Shown one piece after another: positions 60,839 to 64,000 of a DNA stretch of 64,000 nucleotides (positions are counted from its first letter, which is position 1; each line of letters opens with the position of its first letter). The position numbers were made by a program, and so were the translations under genes. The DNA lies in the NCBI GenBank assembly GCA_017610205.1, contig JAFCCL010000007.1, positions 57,728 through 121,727 on the forward strand, given 5' to 3'. Source of the DNA: Candidatus Iainarchaeum sp. (lineage in GTDB: Archaea; Iainarchaeota; Iainarchaeia; Iainarchaeales; GCA-2688035). Under the pieces are notes generated by a model. That model had not been told where the DNA came from and searched no databases. It saw only the letters and a program-made list of their open reading frames with translations.

Positions 60839-61459
60839 ATGAATCCTGAAAAATTGTCTTTTGACAACATTTCTGATTTAAAAAAAGTTATGCGTATTCC
60901 ACTTGAAAAAATTGACTTTGTCTCAGCGGAAGAAATAATAAAAACAATGCAGTCAGCGGATGAAAAAATTACAGTCCACCTTTACCCAATGCCAACATTA
61001 AAAAGAGCAGAAAAATGCCTCTTGGATTACGCCAAATGGAGTTACCACCAAATATACCTTGCAATTAAAGAGGGAAACATATACTGTTGCACTGGGCATG
61101 GAAACTCAAGCGGTGCAAGAGCAACTCACAACCATCTAATTGAATTAATCCTTAAAAACAAAAAACTGCAGGAAGAAATCCCAACTGCTGTAGTGGTAAC
61201 ATTCAAAGGAAATACCATAGCATATTATTTCAACAAGAAATACGCATATTTGAACCACGATATTGGAAGCAACTGGGATAGAAAAATATGCAGTAAACTG
61301 ACAAAAAGCAAGATGCCTTTTTCGGAAAAGAACTGCCTGAAAAACAGGGGGATGGAAATTGTATTCAAAACAAAAACAATGAAAACCACGATATTCAAAG
61401 CAGTCCAAAATGACGGGTTTTTGGAAAAGTTTATGAGAGGCCTGAAAAATGAAGCTTAA
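60839..61459 (+). CDS. Hypothetical protein
   Basis: 206-aa ORF tightly packed between the toxin and SWIM genes; no motif recognised. Confidence 0.7.
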   Translation: MNPEKLSFDNISDLKKVMRIPLEKIDFVSAEEIIKTMQSADEKITVHLYPMPTLKRAEKCLLDYAKWSYHQIYLAIKEGNIYCCTGHGNSSGARATHNHLIELILKNKKLQEEIPTAVVVTFKGNTIAYYFNKKYAYLNHDIGSNWDRKICSKLTKSKMPFSEKNCLKNRGMEIVFKTKTMKTTIFKAVQNDGFLEKFMRGLKNEA

Positions 61460-63092
61460 GGGCATCACTGAAGATGACATCCTCGACTTTGCTGACTCAA
61501 CAATTATTGCAGCAAGGGGGCTTGATTATTACGAAACTGGGATGGTAAAATCTTTCAGGGTGGAAGGAGAAAGGATTATGGCAAAAGTGGCTGGAAGCCG
61601 GGGGAAATATGATACTGAAGTAGGGGTTGAAAATGGAGAACTTGATGCGAGCTGCAATTGCCCATATGAAGGTTATTGTTGTAAGCATATAGCAGCAGTG
61701 CTTTACAAATGGATTAATGAAAAAGGCAAAACACAAAACAAATCGACAAAGAATCAAAAAATAGTTGATCTGAAAAAAGAACTTTCAAAAGTGGAAAAAA
61801 CAAAACTCGAAGAAATATTACAGCAAATTGCCCAAAAAGACGAAGGAATAAAGGCAGACATACTCACAGCAATAGCAAAATCCGGCTCCAATGAAAATCC
61901 AGCAGTGAAACGCATAATAGAAAGGCAGATAAAAGAAACACTGTCTGAGGAGAGTTATAGTTATTATGAAGTCCACGGACTTGTAAGGGAGCTTGATGAG
62001 TTAAAAGAACGCATACTCAACTGCCCACCAAAAACAAGGACAGAACTCCTAAAGGAAATTATAGAAAAAACAATTAAAGCTGGCCAAAATTCTGATGATT
62101 CTAATGCCGATATCAGCACTTTTGTACAGATGAGCCTTGAAGAACTTGGAAAGGCACTTGGAGAGCAAAACCTGCCCTTTGAAGAAAAAAAGAAAATAAT
62201 AACTGAAAATCTTGAACTATATGAAAAAGACGATTATGGCTTTGAAGAAAGCCGGCTTGAACTTGTAATTGGTGTTCCAAAGTCCAAGGCCGAATATGAC
62301 TTTCTGATTGAGAAACTAAGGCGAAAAATTTCAAGAAAAAAAGACAAGTATGAAAGAAGCGACTATGAAGAAGCCCTTACTGAAACTTACAGAAGAAGCG
62401 GAATGGAAAAAGAGTACCTTGAAATTCTGGAAAAGAACATGCGTAAAGACGGCGAATTCCTGCCACTTGCAAAATTCTGGAAAGAAAAGGGCCAAATTAA
62501 CAAGGCTGCACAAATAGCGAAGAAAGGTATAAAGAAAGGCTGCAAGAGCTGGCACGACAATGGGCTTTATGATTTACTTGAGGAAATTTACAGGTCTCAG
62601 AAAAAAAAGGAGGATTTGCTTAGAATAATGATTTTACACTTTGAACAGAGTCCATCGCTTACAAAATACAAAGAAATACTCTCACTTTCAAAGAAACACA
62701 AAAATTTGGAAAAACTCAAGAAGAACCTGATTTCTAAGGCAGAAGACAATGAGCTTATTGATATTTTACTTTTTGAAAACATGCTTGAAAAAGCCTTTGA
62801 AGAAGCTATGAAACTAGATGGTGCTTATTCTGACAGAACAAAGGACAAGGTTGCAAAAGCACTGATGAAAAAGCACCCGAAAAAATCCCTCAAAATATAC
62901 AAATCACTTGTAAGCGAATTCATTAACATGGCAAAAAGAGACTCGTATATAACAGCATCATTGTACTCCAAAAAAGTAAAAGAATTATTACATAGAATGG
63001 ATAAAGTTGAAGAATGGAAAAATTATGTGGCAGGAATAAGGGAATCAAACAAAAGAAGACCTGCACTAATTGAAGAATTCAGGAGATTATAA
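61449..63092 (+). CDS. SWIM zinc-finger protein with a helical-repeat C-terminus
   Basis: RG..YY..G.V, A.V.GS, CNCPY..CCKH, C-terminal RRPALIEE. Confidence 0.88.
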   Translation: MKLKGITEDDILDFADSTIIAARGLDYYETGMVKSFRVEGERIMAKVAGSRGKYDTEVGVENGELDASCNCPYEGYCCKHIAAVLYKWINEKGKTQNKSTKNQKIVDLKKELSKVEKTKLEEILQQIAQKDEGIKADILTAIAKSGSNENPAVKRIIERQIKETLSEESYSYYEVHGLVRELDELKERILNCPPKTRTELLKEIIEKTIKAGQNSDDSNADISTFVQMSLEELGKALGEQNLPFEEKKKIITENLELYEKDDYGFEESRLELVIGVPKSKAEYDFLIEKLRRKISRKKDKYERSDYEEALTETYRRSGMEKEYLEILEKNMRKDGEFLPLAKFWKEKGQINKAAQIAKKGIKKGCKSWHDNGLYDLLEEIYRSQKKKEDLLRIMILHFEQSPSLTKYKEILSLSKKHKNLEKLKKNLISKAEDNELIDILLFENMLEKAFEEAMKLDGAYSDRTKDKVAKALMKKHPKKSLKIYKSLVSEFINMAKRDSYITASLYSKKVKELLHRMDKVEEWKNYVAGIRESNKRRPALIEEFRRL

Positions 63093-63113
63093 AGAAACAA
63101 CTGGTGAAAAACA

Positions 63114-63680
63114 ATGAAAAAACTATTCCCATCATTTGCTAATCCAGACACCTGGAGAAACAACATCCAAAAAAGGATAACAAGAAAGCAATGGAGAAAA
63201 ATAAGGCAGAGAATTCTTGAAAGAGATGACTTCACCTGCCAATACTGCGGCTTCAAAGCAGAAAAATGGCAGATAGTACATCACACAGACGGCAACCCAA
63301 ATAATAATAGCGAGAGTAACCTAATGACAATCTGCCAGATGTGTAATCTAATCGAACACGCAGGAATGGGCTGCATAATACAAGGGATAGTTGACATGTA
63401 CAAAAAATCAAAATACCGCCAAAACGAAATAATTGCAAAAACCAGGGAAATGCGAGCTAAAGGAAAAAGTGATGCAGAAATACTCAGAGATCTTGGCTTA
63501 GAAGAGAAAGTTGAATTCAAGCAGGATTGGAATTACTTAAGACCATTATTTGGTTTTATAACCTCAAGAAAGGCTTCAGACTACAAAAGCAACATTGCAC
63601 TTGAATACGAATACGAAGTAGAAAGAAAGCAAACTGATGAAGAAAAAGGCAAAATCATGCCATTAAGCGATTTTGAATAA
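63114..63680 (+). CDS. HNH endonuclease-family protein
   Basis: W..IR..ILERD..TCQYCG, VHH.DGN..NN...NL...CQMC...EH. Confidence 0.88.
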   Translation: MKKLFPSFANPDTWRNNIQKRITRKQWRKIRQRILERDDFTCQYCGFKAEKWQIVHHTDGNPNNNSESNLMTICQMCNLIEHAGMGCIIQGIVDMYKKSKYRQNEIIAKTREMRAKGKSDAEILRDLGLEEKVEFKQDWNYLRPLFGFITSRKASDYKSNIALEYEYEVERKQTDEEKGKIMPLSDFE

Positions 63681-63757
63681 AACAACTCCCAGAAAACTGT
63701 TAATTTTAAGCAATCATTACCATACGATGTATAAGGCAATTATGAGGTTAACGCTTG

Positions 63758-63786
63758 AAAAGTGGTAGGTGTTACCACCACTTTTT
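63758..63786. terminator. Bidirectional hairpin between convergent genes
   Basis: AAAAGTGGT...ACCACTTTT (9 bp) with inner GGT/ACC. Confidence 0.5.
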
Positions 63787-63867
63787 GGCTCATTTTAGAG
63801 CCCAAAATGTAAAGAGAATGCCAATAGTTTGTATCTTAAAAATTGGTTGATTAATAGCTTAAGGGCT

Positions 63868-64000
63868 TCAACAGTTCGATTCTTCACAACCGCAGCCGTA
63901 GTAGCTATAGAATATTTTCTGATCTTTATCATCTACTATGCCGTCACCATTGGGATCATACCTAACATCCCAACCAAGACTAGAAGGAGTCTCACCAACA
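63868..64000 (-). CDS. C-terminal fragment of a dockerin/EF-hand-like protein (runs off the window)
   Basis: The minus frame reads ...WDVRYDPNGDGIVDDKDQKIFYSYYGCGCEESNC*, containing a DxNGDGxVD Ca-binding loop. Confidence 0.65.
   Translation of the reverse strand, partial: VGETPSSLGWDVRYDPNGDGIVDDKDQKIFYSYYGCGCEESNC

Larger units (their letters stand above)
59091..63757 (+). mobile_element. Putative integrated defence cassette bounded by imperfect 24-bp direct repeats
   Basis: AGGCAATGATGAGGTTAACACCTG (59091-114) versus AGGCAATTATGAGGTTAACGCTTG (63734-57), 21/24 identical. No integrase inside. Confidence 0.5.

Noticed and set aside
59091-63757. CRISPR or TIGR-like guide array associated with the HNH gene
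   Set aside because: Only one complete C/D unit and one partial copy 4.6 kb apart; no tandem repeat-spacer structure and no recognisable Nop or Cas domain.

Overview
This window is archaeal genomic DNA, AT-rich with the standard genetic code. The reduced gene set, Lys/Glu-rich ribosomal-protein tails and DnaK/GrpE/RpiB content suggest a DPANN lineage, possibly Iainarchaeota/Diapherotrites-like (inference). Most of the window is core information-processing DNA: EF-2/EF-1a/uS10, RpiB-NUDIX-archease-RtcB, the S10-spc-alpha superoperon (uL3 to uS2, with SecY, RpoD, RpoN and an intron-containing tRNA-Leu(UAA)), GluRS, the L7Ae-to-S27ae cluster, TsaC/Kae1, GrpE-DnaK-DnaJ, ValRS and Bud32. The most notable non-obvious items are: (1) an unannotated box C/D guide RNA directly after bud32, whose 5' 24 nt recur (21/24) 4.6 kb downstream and bracket an AbiE + unknown + SWIM + HNH cassette; (2) five poly-A-tract frameshifts confined to three accessory genes; (3) a wHTH/RelE-like pair with a perfect 20-bp operator and an inactivated toxin; (4) structured leaders before uL3 (pseudoknot) and L7Ae; (5) a histone-H1-like repeat protein; (6) a GNA-hairpin element at the usual adk position. 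All calls come from reading the sequence by eye; no searches were run.
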